DNA from: Octopus sinensis
Taxonomy: Eukaryota
Direction: 5' to 3'
Assembly: GCF_006345805.1 (NCBI RefSeq)
Contig: NW_021826496.1
Span: 1 to 12,746, forward strand
DNA length: 12,746 nt
Part shown: piece after piece, positions 1-8,322 of the stretch
Position numbering within the stretch: the first letter of the stretch is position 1
How the letters are laid out: the number at the start of each line of letters is the position of its first letter
Notes under the pieces: generated by a model
Told to the model about the DNA's origin: nothing
What the model saw: only the letters and a program-made list of their open reading frames with translations
The model's database searches: none
Program-made: the position numbers and the translations under genes

Positions 1-190
1 AAAGAAAGAAAGAAAGAAAGAAAGAAAAAAAGAAAGAAAGAAAGAAAGAAAGAAAGAGAAGAAGAAAGAAAGAAAGAAAGAAAGAAAAAGGAGGCACAGA
101 GAAAGAGAGAGCGAGTGAGAGAGAGAAAGACAGCGACAGAAGGAGAGAGAGTGTGATAGATAGACAGAGAGACAGAGAAATGGAGAGAGA
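1..190 (+). repeat. (AAAG)n microsatellite grading into AG/GA-rich homopurine tract
   Basis: Direct: AAAG units over about 1-88, then AG-rich low complexity to about 190. Confidence 0.95.
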
Positions 191-389
191 ATTGAAGCTT
201 GGCTGTTTGATTGATATCAACTGATGAACGCAGTAAATTAACAAGATTTTCGTATTTGTCGATTGACTTAGGAGAAACCATTGAAAGTGAGATGCGGCGT
301 TAATGGCCACTTCTGGACTGTGTTTGGGAGTTGTTGGCTGCTCTTCATGGAAATCGTTTCAGAAGTCTGTTGAATAGCGAAGCGGAGGG

Positions 390-566
390 ACACACATACT
401 CACACGAGCACACGTACGCACGCATACTACCGCGCGCACGCACACACACACACATACACACAAACATAGATACAAACACACACACACATATATATATATA
501 TACCGGAGTAAACACATAAATGTGAAACGAGGTGGAAAAAAGAGTACTCAAATACCAGTGGTAGAG

Positions 567-600
<34 letters not shown>

Positions 601-680
601 TAATAAATAAAACGTATGTATATATACATACATATATGTACGTACCTACCTCTACATGTATATATACATGCATATATGGG
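390..680. repeat. Compound (CA)n/(CG)n/(TA)n microsatellites
   Basis: Direct: CA/CG tract 390-490, (TA)n 488-502 and 569-597, TA/TACA tract 615-675, separated by short unique stretches. Confidence 0.9.
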
Positions 681-902
681 TACAGGACACACAAAAAAAA
701 CGCCGAACACAATGAGAAACGAAAACATAAACACAAAACCAAGGAAATGGACATTTCTTTTAAACAACGAAAAAATAGAGTACAGGACAAATAACACAAG
801 GAAAATTCCCCTTCTTCAGTCGCCTTAGTTTCATCTACTCTGCGTTTCGAAGGTCAAGGCGATACATGACTTCAATAAAAATTTCCTTCCCGCGAAAATC
901 GT

Positions 903-955
903 GTCTATGTATGTATATGTATATATGTATGTACATACATATATATGTGTGTGTT

Positions 956-993
<38 letters not shown>

Positions 994-1153
994 ATCAACT
1001 TGTCATTAAACAAGAAATACTCAACACGTTTTGGTAGAGGTTATAGTGACTTCGAAGTTTTGGCTTGCTTACTCTCTTATATATGTATATGCGCATGTGA
1101 GTGTATGTGTGTGTGTGCGCGCGTGCGAGTGTGGGTGTGTGTACGCGCGCACA
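903..1153. repeat. (TA)/(TG)/(CG) alternating purine-pyrimidine microsatellites
   Basis: Direct: TATG/TG/TA run 903-992 and TG/CG run 1078-1153. Confidence 0.9.
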
Positions 1154-1154
1154 C

Positions 1155-1310
1155 GATTGATCTCCACAGAGTTTCCACCTCAGAAAGCATTTAACAGCCC
1201 AGACTTCAGTTGTAGTCACATGTCCAAAGCACCGCTCAGCAGAACTGGAATCGAACCGGAATTCAGACGATTACGAAAGGAAATTCTTAAACCACACGGC
1301 AATACCTGCT
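1155..1310 (-). mobile_element. Old, highly diverged copy of SINE family A
   Basis: By-eye colinear similarity to the copy at 5041-5204 (gagtttccacc.. / cacatgtccaaagcacc.. / gaaccggaa.. / aaccacacggcaatacctg vs cagtttccgtc.. / cacttgcccaaggtgcc.. / gaacccagaa.. / taccacacagccactccta). Confidence 0.5.
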
Positions 1311-1607
1311 ACGTTTGTCATAAACAGAAAACCAAAAATTCAATCTTGATTCAGCGATAATTCGATATAAGTTTTAGATTTGTTTTATATTTATTGATTT
1401 AATATAAATTTGGTATTTGACTGGCAATTCTCATTCTAGATTTTTCTTCTGTCAAATTGCTTCAGGCTGTATTTGCTTTTTTCGCCAATTCTACGTAAAA
1501 GGTCAACCTAACTTTTCTACGCTAATGTTTTAAACAAGAAACAACCTACACGCTTTTTGTCTTATTTTTAATGCTTAGATCGTATTATCTATTTAACTAA
1601 AAGCCAT

Positions 1608-1745
1608 AAAATGGCAGAGCTGTTAAAATGGCGGAGTATAAAATGTGTTGTAGTACTAAGTCGCATTCTTGTGGCTTTAAATCTTTCCAAGGTCGACTTT
1701 GCCATTCAGTTTTTCGAAGATCGACAAAAATGAAGAACCTGTCGT
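1608..1745 (+). mobile_element. Diverged copy of SINE family B
   Basis: aaggtcgactttgccattcagtttttcgaagatcgacaaaaa (about 1689-1730) matches gaggtcgattttgcctttcatccttttggggtcgataaa at 9844-9882; the upstream tggcagagctgtta resembles the family B head tggcagaaacgttag. Confidence 0.55.
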
Positions 1746-1865
1746 GAATTGAAGTCGAGGAATACACTGTTCCCTCCCCAGAAAACTTATGGCACTGTTA
1801 GAAAACCCTTGTTCTTATAACGAAGGCCCAGAACAACGTGTACATAAAGAGATATATAAATTGAA

Positions 1866-2002
1866 ATATATATATATATATATATATATATGGACAGAGA
1901 AAGAGAGAGAGAGAGGGGTGGAGTGGACAGACAGACAGATGGACGGACGGACGGACTGACGAATAGATTGATGGATGGATGGATGGATGGATGGATGGGT
2001 GT

Positions 2003-2097
<95 letters not shown>
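1866..2097 (+). repeat. Compound microsatellite (TA)n-(GA)n-(GACA)n-(GGAC)n-(GGAT)n-(GATA)n
   Basis: Direct; perfect (TAGA)n at 2004-2097. Explains the SIYL/IYLS pseudo-ORFs. Confidence 0.95.
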
Positions 2098-2098
<1 letters not shown>

Positions 2099-2903
2099 AG
2101 ACAGGCAGACACATGTAATAAGTCCCTTTGATACAGCTGATTCTTCGAGCTAATCTTGTGATAGGAGTCTATTTCGGATATACAAGTGGATTACACATTC
2201 ATGAATTCCAGAATATTCCACACTGACTTCAGTTTTCAATAAATCTGTCCTTCTTTCTATTTCTCTCGAGGTTTTGTTAAAGTGAGCCATCTGAAGCGGG
2301 GCGACGGTCGTTTTTGTGAAGAACATAAAAGCGAATTTAAACCATCCCCCTTAGTCAAACAAATCTATAACATAAAGACATTCCAACCGTGGCCAACCTG
2401 TCGCTTTCTTTTTTTGTTCAGATGGGTAACAGGCTCCTATTTGAGTGGGATTTAGCTGCTATTTCATGCAATGAGACTTCTTAGTAGGCTCACCTCATCA
2501 GATTGATTTATTATTATCCAATCGAAACACAGTTAACTATGTTATTTCAAATATAGGAATATTTATATTTAAAATGTGATAAAAGCAAAGATATTTCATT
2601 TGTATATTTATTACGTATTTCTTAATTATAATTTTTGTATTCATTTCGAAATTATAACAGATGCAAACATAATCGAATTTACTTTTTTAATCAATACATC
2701 AATGCAATTTCATAAAATATTGCTATTTTACGTTGACGTTTTGTGTCAGTTCGACCTCCGATATGTTCTAATATATTTAATATAATATCACAGCAGCAGC
2801 GTAGATTATGAATGAATAAATATACGGGGCCTTATATTCATGCATTTCAGAAAAGGCTGTAGCCTTGTGGGCGGATCCTGAGATATGTCGAAATAATATT
2901 CAA

Positions 2904-3322
2904 ATCCAGACGACTTCGGAATCGCCAGTAAAATTTCTGGACAGTCTCCTTGTTTAAGTTGGTGGATGCTGCCATAATCCTTGCCTTCAGTTCATCTTTG
3001 GTGTTACAAGGAGTTTTGATGATCTCTCGCTCAACTGTGCCCAACATATAATAAAGGGGTTGCAGTCTGGGGAGTTAGGTGGCCAGATGTTAGGGGTGAT
3101 GTGGTCGCAGAAATTGTCTGACGACCATGACTGGGTTCTCCTGCTTGTGTGGCATGGTGCAAAGTCCTGTTGCCAGACATAGGGTCTTCCAGCAGCCACC
3201 CTCTTGATCCAGGGCAGCACTACCTCCACCAGGCACTTGATGTAGGCTTCCGTGTTGAGTCTGAGGCCGTGTGGGAAGATGAATGGAGGCATAATGTCGC
3301 CATCACTGGCGATCACTCCCAA
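2904..3322 (-). mobile_element. Tc1/mariner superfamily transposase relic, C-terminal half, maT/DD37D-like; frameshifted
   Basis: Translation GDIMPPFIFPHGLRLNTEAYIKCL..LPWI..RPYVWQQDFAPCHTSRRTQSW..WPPNSPDCNP, then after a frameshift YYMLGTVERE..KDELKARIMAA..RFRSRL. QQD(x)APCH and WPPNSPD(x)NP are Tc1/mariner catalytic motifs, and their spacing fits D-37-D. No TIRs or N-terminal DNA-binding domain seen. Confidence 0.9.
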
Positions 3323-3848
3323 ATACTGTTTACTCTCAGTACATGTCCTCAGATTGCACTGTCCTCAGATTGACACTAAAACACTCTGAAATGTTCATAT
3401 TGGAATTTTCTGACTCGAATGCCAAGCAGAACAGTATGTTGTTTCCAAACTTCTGGCAGGGCGAACTGCGTCATGTTGCTGTTTTTCTCATAGACGGTAC
3501 CCAACTGACCCTACCATACTGTATAGCCGACCAAATCAAAAACAAACAATGCGCATGCACGAAATTAGAAATATGAAATGTGACAATTTATCCATCGCGC
3601 TCTGTATTTTGATCTTTGAACTGTTTCATCATCTATTATCTACAGTCGGCAATTCATGTATCTCTCGGTAGTCCACTTAATTTTAGGAAATAAATATCAT
3701 TGTCTTAAGAGAGGTTACCTCTGATAGACTGGCGACCTATCCAGTGGCGTTGTAGGTAATTTGCGAGTTGGAGAAGTTGATGCTCGGGAAACAAGGTTTT
3801 GTGACTTTCCTATTTCTTATTTTCTGTTTTGTGAGTCTCCTTCTACAG

Positions 3849-3965
3849 AATATTCCTCGATTCTGAACTCAAATATCTTCGGAACCAGAATCTTCGTTCC
3901 ATACCATTGCAATATTACTTTTTGTTGCTTTGCTAGCGTTTTTTGCTTTTTGTTATTAGTGGTGC
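3849..3965 (+). other. Candidate internal exon (117 nt, phase 1/phase 1)
   Basis: Pyrimidine-rich acceptor ctccttctacAG ends at 3848 and donor GTAAGC starts at 3966; one frame is open (YSSILNSNIFGTRIFVPYHCNITFCCFASVFCFLLLVV). No homology recognised. Confidence 0.22.
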
Positions 3966-4734
3966 GTAAGCTTGATCTGTGCGAGAGTATGCGCATTTGA
4001 TTATGATTTGAGTATAAATTTGCTTAATTTTAAACAAATGAACGAACAACTAAGAGAATTAATTGTGTTGTATAATTCCATTCTTGTGCCATTCCGTAAA
4101 ACATGGCAGTAGTTTCACGTTTTCAAAATGAAGACGCTTTGTAATTACAAACTAAAATGTCAGCGCTGTCCTCAAAGTTTTTTTTCTTCTGTTGATTAGA
4201 ACTGTTTGATCTGTATATTCTTTCTATTGGAGTAGAAAAATAAGAGAGAAAACGCAAAAACTGCAGATAAAATATCAAATGCAATTATATTTGTGCAACA
4301 GTACGTTTCTCATTTTAGCAATAATATTATTCAATTTCACTAATTTAATCATTTCACAAAACACAGAATATCCATTGAGCCGAAATAGTTTCCATACTGT
4401 CAGCCGTCTAAACGATAAAACTGTTGGATAGAATTAGCGGTAACTTCCCAAGAGATAATCATTTCTACTTCTTCCAACAGCCAGGTGAAATACGTGGCCT
4501 AATTATGTACCTTCGTTAAATCCAAGGAAGAATCGCAATAGGTTGCACAAGAAGCAAGTTCAATGACTGCTCGATCACTTCTCGTTTTTCAGTATATGTT
4601 TGTTATATTTTATAGTGTAATTGGGTGATCATTAAGACGTTTCATTCCCGAGAGAGGCAGGAGAGTTTCCTTTGATGATTACTGAACAAGAATTCGTCCG
4701 AAGACCAACTTTTTTTTTGTCGGACTAATGTTTA

Positions 4735-4805
4735 CATAGTTCTATGTTTAAGACACGAGGAATTATGTACATGATTTACATTTGACGGATATTTGTCCTC
4801 ATCTT
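4735..4805 (-). mobile_element. Probable 3' part of the hammerhead-bearing interspersed repeat, split from 5227-5328 by a SINE insertion
   Basis: I recall ...tttgacggatatttgtcctcatctt|gttt..gttaa..caacgtttcggctgat as one contiguous octopus repeat. The junction reads naturally across the inserted SINE, but this cannot be proven within the window. Confidence 0.45.
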
Positions 4806-5204
4806 ACTCTTTTATTTGTTTCAGTCATTTGACTGTGGCCATGCTGGAGCAAATCGACCCCAGGACTTATTCTTTGTAAGCCTAGTACTTATTCTATCGG
4901 TCTCTTTTGCCGAACCGCTAAGCTACAGGGACGTAAACGCACCAGGATCGGTTGTCAAGCGATGTTGGGGGGACAAACACAGACACACAAACATATGCAC
5001 ACACACACACACACATATATATATACACATACATATATATGACGGGCTTCTTTCAGTTTCCGTCTACCAAATCCACTCACAAGGCTTTGGTCGGCCCGAG
5101 GCTATAGTAGAAGACACTTGCCCAAGGTGCCACGCAGTGGGACTGAACCCAGAACCATGTGGTTCGTAAGCAAGCTACTTACCACACAGCCACTCCTACG
5201 CCTA
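4806..5204 (-). mobile_element. Near-full-length tRNA-derived SINE (family A): Pol III head, CORE-like segment, internal (TA)/(TG) microsatellite, 3' body
   Basis: Minus-strand A box TGGCTGTGTGG (5182-5192) and B box GGGTTCAGTCC (5140-5150); following CACCTTGGGCAAGTGTCTT resembles the start of the CORE domain; internal microsatellite about 4985-5040; homologous copies at 8323-8441, 8541-8697, about 9690-9755 and about 1155-1310. Confidence 0.9.
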
Positions 5205-5226
5205 TACTTACCACACAGCCACTCCT

Positions 5227-5328
5227 TTCTTGTTTCTTGTTAATGCAACGTTTCGGCTGATATCCTCTCCAGCCTTCATCAGGTGTCTTGGGGAAATTTC
5301 GAACGTGGGTTCTCATTCCTAAGGTATT
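5227..5328 (-). mobile_element. Fragment of hammerhead-containing repeat (Penelope pLTR-like or retrozyme-like)
   Basis: Contains CTGATGA-stem-GAAACGTT on the minus strand; minimal hammerheads of this form are established in Penelope-like element pLTRs and metazoan retrozymes. Confidence 0.55.
5242..5287 (-). ncRNA. Minimal type-I hammerhead ribozyme motif, probably decayed
   Basis: Minus strand GACAC-CUGAUGA-A-GGCUG(GAGAGGAUAU)CAGCC-GAAA-CG-UU-GCAUU: full core, perfect 5-bp stem II, palindromic ACGU stem III, GUU cleavage triplet; stem I has 3 of 5 pairs. Confidence 0.6.
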
Positions 5329-5368
5329 ATTCAATTTCACTAATTTAATCAGAAAATTAAATTAGTGC

Positions 5369-5487
5369 TTGTATTTCAAAGGGCCAGCCTTGTCACATTC
5401 TGTGTCACGCCGAATTTTCCCGAGAACTACGTTATGAGTACACGTGTCTGTGGAGTGCTCAGCCACTTGCATGTTAATTTCACGAGC
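5369..5487 (+). mobile_element. Internal fragment of SINE family D
   Basis: Clearly aligns with the reverse complement of about 11086-11206 (gtatttcaaagggcc..ccttgtcaca..cgccgaat..cccgagaa..gtgtctgtggagt.ctcagccacttgca..ttaatttcacgagca). Confidence 0.9.
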
Positions 5488-5601
5488 AGATGCACTACGG
5501 TGTCAGCTGGAGATGCACTACGGTGTCAGCTGGAGATGCACTACGGTGTCAGCTGGAGATGCACTACGGTGTCAGCTGGAGATGCACTACGGTGTCAGCT
5601 G
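5488..5601. repeat. Perfect tandem repeat, 23-bp unit AGATGCACTACGGTGTCAGCTGG x5 (last copy 22 bp)
   Basis: Direct: units start at 5488, 5511, 5534, 5557 and 5580, with no spacers. Confidence 0.97.
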
Positions 5602-6187
5602 TTCACTACCACTGAACTAAGGTAACACCTCTTATTTTCCGAGCACCTTCCGGAGTATTCGAGCGGTTCCAAGCAGTGCTGTTTTCTGCGAGTGCTCCAC
5701 CCATATTGCAGCCCCTATTTGTTCCATGTACTTCTCGAGATTTTTACTCACTATTCCCAGGGTTCCGACAATTATTGGTACCACTACCACATTTTTCATC
5801 GACCACAACTGCTTAACTTCCCAAGCTAACCTGTTATATCTCTCGGCTTTTCTTTCTTCCTTATCGCATACCTTGTTGTCAGCTGGGCATGCTATATCTA
5901 TGATCCAGCATAGTTTGTTTTCTTTCTCAATTAATACTATGTCTGACTTCCTATTCTCTATCTCATCGTCGCACTGAATCATAAAATCCCAAAGGATCTT
6001 TGCATTTCTATGTTCGACGATGCCTTCAGGTTTGTGGACGTACCAATTTTTTGCTCTGTCAAGTCCATACTTGTTGCAAAGTGCCCAATGGACAAGCCTT
6101 TCTATATTGTTGTGGCGTATTTTATATTCCTTCTAGGCTAGTGACGTATATTGGCTGGTAATATGCCATACGGTTTCACCTTTTTGA
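5488..6187 (-). mobile_element. R4/Dong-like RLE non-LTR retrotransposon 3' fragment (copy 1)
   Basis: A single frame over 6180-5632 reads GETVWHITSQYTSLA*KEYKIRHNNI..HWALCNKYGL..WYVHKPEG..KILWDFMIQCDDEIENRKSDIVL..IIDIACPAD..KAERYNRLAWE..VVPIIVGTLG..QKTALLGTARILRKVLGK: the tail of the CCHC knuckle plus a PD-(D/E)xK endonuclease. Premature TAG at 6133-6135; short 3' UTR 5602-5631. Confidence 0.92.
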
Positions 6188-6201
6188 TGTGTTGTCTATT
6201 C

Positions 6202-6227
6202 TATTATTATTATTATTATTATTATTA

Positions 6228-6261
<34 letters not shown>
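6202..6261 (-). repeat. (TAA)n array, 3' tail of LINE copy 2
   Basis: Direct: about 20 TAT/ATT units with one interruption, immediately after the LINE 3' UTR. Confidence 0.9.
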
Positions 6262-6264
<3 letters not shown>

Positions 6265-7462
6265 TAGTTTTATTTTTATACGCGTGCTTTCACTTCACTA
6301 CCGAGCGCAGCTCTGTGTGCCTTGGGTATGTGCTGTGATTTGTTGTGATGCTCTGATGATTATTGTATGGAAAGTGTTCTGCGTAGGATGTGTGCAGTGC
6401 CTAGTAGTGCAATTTTCTGTATGTTATATGTGTTTGTAAGTCCTGGTGTTTTTCTTATGTATTTTTCTGAATATTTTTTTATCATGCCTAATGCACCTAC
6501 TATGATAGGAATTGTTTCTGTTTTCAGATTCCACATTCTAGTTACCTCTATTTCCAGGTCTTTGTATTTTGAGAGTTTCTCCATTTCTTTTAGAGACACG
6601 TTGTCATCTGCCGGTATTGATACATCAATTAGAAACATTTTTTTTTCTTCATGATCTCTGTCACTATATCTGGTCTGTTGGCCTTAATTTCTCTATCTGT
6701 GTGTTATCGGCATATCCAGAGTATGGTTGCTTTCTCGTTTTCTGTGACCTTTTCTGGTGTGTGCCTATACCATCTTTTTCTGTTGTTATTCCATAATGTT
6801 GGCATAGCTTCCAATGTATGTAGGTCCAAACTCTGTCATGTCTGTGAATATATTCCTTCTTAGCCAGACTGGGCAGCTAGAGATAATATGATTTATTGTT
6901 TCTTGTCCATCTCCACATATTCTGCAGTTACTTGTAATATTTCTTTTCATTACATGTTTTTGGTAATTTCTGGTGGGGAGGCTTTGGTCTTGTGCGCAAT
7001 TAAAAATCCCTCTGTTTCTGCTTTGAGTCCTGAGCTTCTCAACCATTGCTGGGATTTTTCTTGTCTATTTTTTTGCGTTTGTTTAGTGCAGTATTTACCA
7101 TGAAGGGGCTTTTCTTGCCATCGTTTTATCATGGTTCGTTGCTGTTCTATTTTTAGTTTGGATTTCATTTGTTTTATAGCTTTTGTTGTTTCTTCATCGT
7201 CCTTCTTCTTCTTCTTCGTGTTTATTAGGTGGTATGATTCTTGTTTGTATTTGTCACTTCCTTAAATACTGAGAACAGTTTTTTTTGTTTTGCTCGTGTT
7301 TTGCTGCTATCTGGATCAGTTTTCCTTCCTTCTGAAGTAGGTATTTTTGCAGTCCTATGGTGGTTATTTTATAGTAGTTTTCCAGCTGTATAAGGCCTCT
7401 ACCACCTTCTATACGTTGTATATATAGTCTTTCTATGTCAGATTTTGGGTGATGCATCCTAG
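6262..7462 (-). mobile_element. R4/Dong-like RLE non-LTR retrotransposon, 5'-truncated, several frameshifts (copy 2)
   Basis: Frames join as HHPKSDIERLYIQRIEGGRGL (RT C-terminal region) .. WQEKPLHGKY .. GLKAETEGFLIA/AQDQSLPTRNY .. CRICGDGQETINHIISSC (C-x2-C-x8-H-x4-C) .. HRHDRV .. ILWD .. RPDIV .. LIDVSIPADD .. KLSKYKDL .. QKIALLGTAHILRRTLSIQ*; 3' UTR 6262-6359, then (TAA)n. Confidence 0.95.
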
Positions 7463-7539
7463 ATTATCATCATTATTATTATTATTATTATTATTATTAG
7501 TATTAGTATTAGTATTAGTATTATTATTATTATTATTAT

Positions 7540-7577
<38 letters not shown>

Positions 7578-7579
7578 TC

Positions 7580-7614
<35 letters not shown>

Positions 7615-7679
7615 CATTATTATTATTAGTAGTAGTAGTATTATTATCATTATTATTATTAGTAGTAGTAGTATTATTA

Positions 7680-7713
<34 letters not shown>

Positions 7714-7818
7714 CATTATTATTATTAGTATTATTATTAGTATATTATTATTATTATTATCATTATCATTATTATTATCATTATTATTATCATTATTATT
7801 ATTATTATTATTATTATA
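7463..7818. repeat. Compound trinucleotide microsatellite (TTA)n with TAG and TCA variant units
   Basis: Direct; source of the poly-L/V/Y and poly-N/I pseudo-ORFs. Confidence 0.97.
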
Positions 7819-8322
7819 TGATATGTTTTTAATCGAATAGAAAAAGTTGTAAAAAAACAATACTAACTGAAATAAAACATAGAAATCAATGCAAAATGGA
7901 TCGATATCGAACGCTAACAGCTTGTCGATTGTATTTGGTGACGTCAGGTTCGGTTGGAATAATATAAGGGTTGTTTTTTTTAATCAGTAGAAATAAATAC
8001 AAGTTATGTATGTTGGTTTATTTTCTTTTAAACCTTAATTTTTGTATTTAAAAAAAAATAATAAGCATTAATAATGAAAGGTAGGCAATGGAAAAGCTCT
8101 GTTTCTTTGGCATCTGTCAAAAATTCAAGAGAAATATTCTTGAGTGAAGGAGACTTTTTCAAAGTTAAAACCAGAATGATCAATTGATTTTTTGGAATGG
8201 TTGAAAACAGAGCTTTCAGTAGATTATGAATTATGGGTGTTTTTTCTTGTGTTTTATTAAAATTAACCGCCTAAAAGAAAATGACATTATTTATTAAACC
8301 AACTCATTACATTTTAAATTAT

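Noticed and set aside
221-290. CTGATGA at 221-227 as a hammerhead core
   Set aside because: No stem II closed by GAAA at a usable position.
195-390. Enhancer-like island with TGATTGAT (Pbx-Hox-like), TAAATTA and TAATGG motifs
   Set aside because: Short AT-rich motifs are expected by chance; there is no conservation evidence in the window.
800-860. Second hammerhead on the minus strand (GAAA at 848-845, CUGAAGA at 819-813)
   Set aside because: The order would require type II topology, and the 25 nt between the motifs cannot form both stem III and stem I. The 504-900 block may be an interspersed repeat remnant, but I cannot support that from the window.
1625-1634. YY1-like AAAATGGCGG
   Set aside because: Falls inside the decayed head of a SINE family B copy.
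331-2114. ORFs rich in YI, CV, TH or SIYL repeats (also 8322-8608, 10269-11275, 12104-12295)
   Set aside because: Translations of di- and tetranucleotide repeats and SINE sequence; no domain motifs.
2365-2500. Possible very old SINE tail remnant
   Set aside because: Resembles a repeat only from memory; there is no second copy in the window to support it.
3344-3372. 13-bp direct repeat TGTCCTCAGATTG (3344-3356, 3360-3372) as transposon TSD or TIR
   Set aside because: Both copies lie on the same side of the transposase fragment, 3 bp apart; a local slippage duplication.
5488-5601. CRISPR array (23-bp repeats with an internal CAGCTG palindrome)
   Set aside because: Units abut with no spacers, there are no cas genes, and the context is a eukaryotic LINE 3' UTR.
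6353-6380. CTGATGA..GAAA on + at the LINE stop-codon region
   Set aside because: Stem II would be at most 3 weak pairs and no stem III-UH follows; it is the antisense of the LINE terminus.
5726-6863. Plus-strand ORFs 5726-5977, 6367-6654, 6569-6796 and 6651-6863
   Set aside because: Antisense shadows of the LINE reading frames.
7449-7860. 127-aa and 133-aa ORFs (poly-L/V/Y; poly-N/I) as membrane proteins
   Set aside because: Pure translations of the TTA/TAG/TCA microsatellite.
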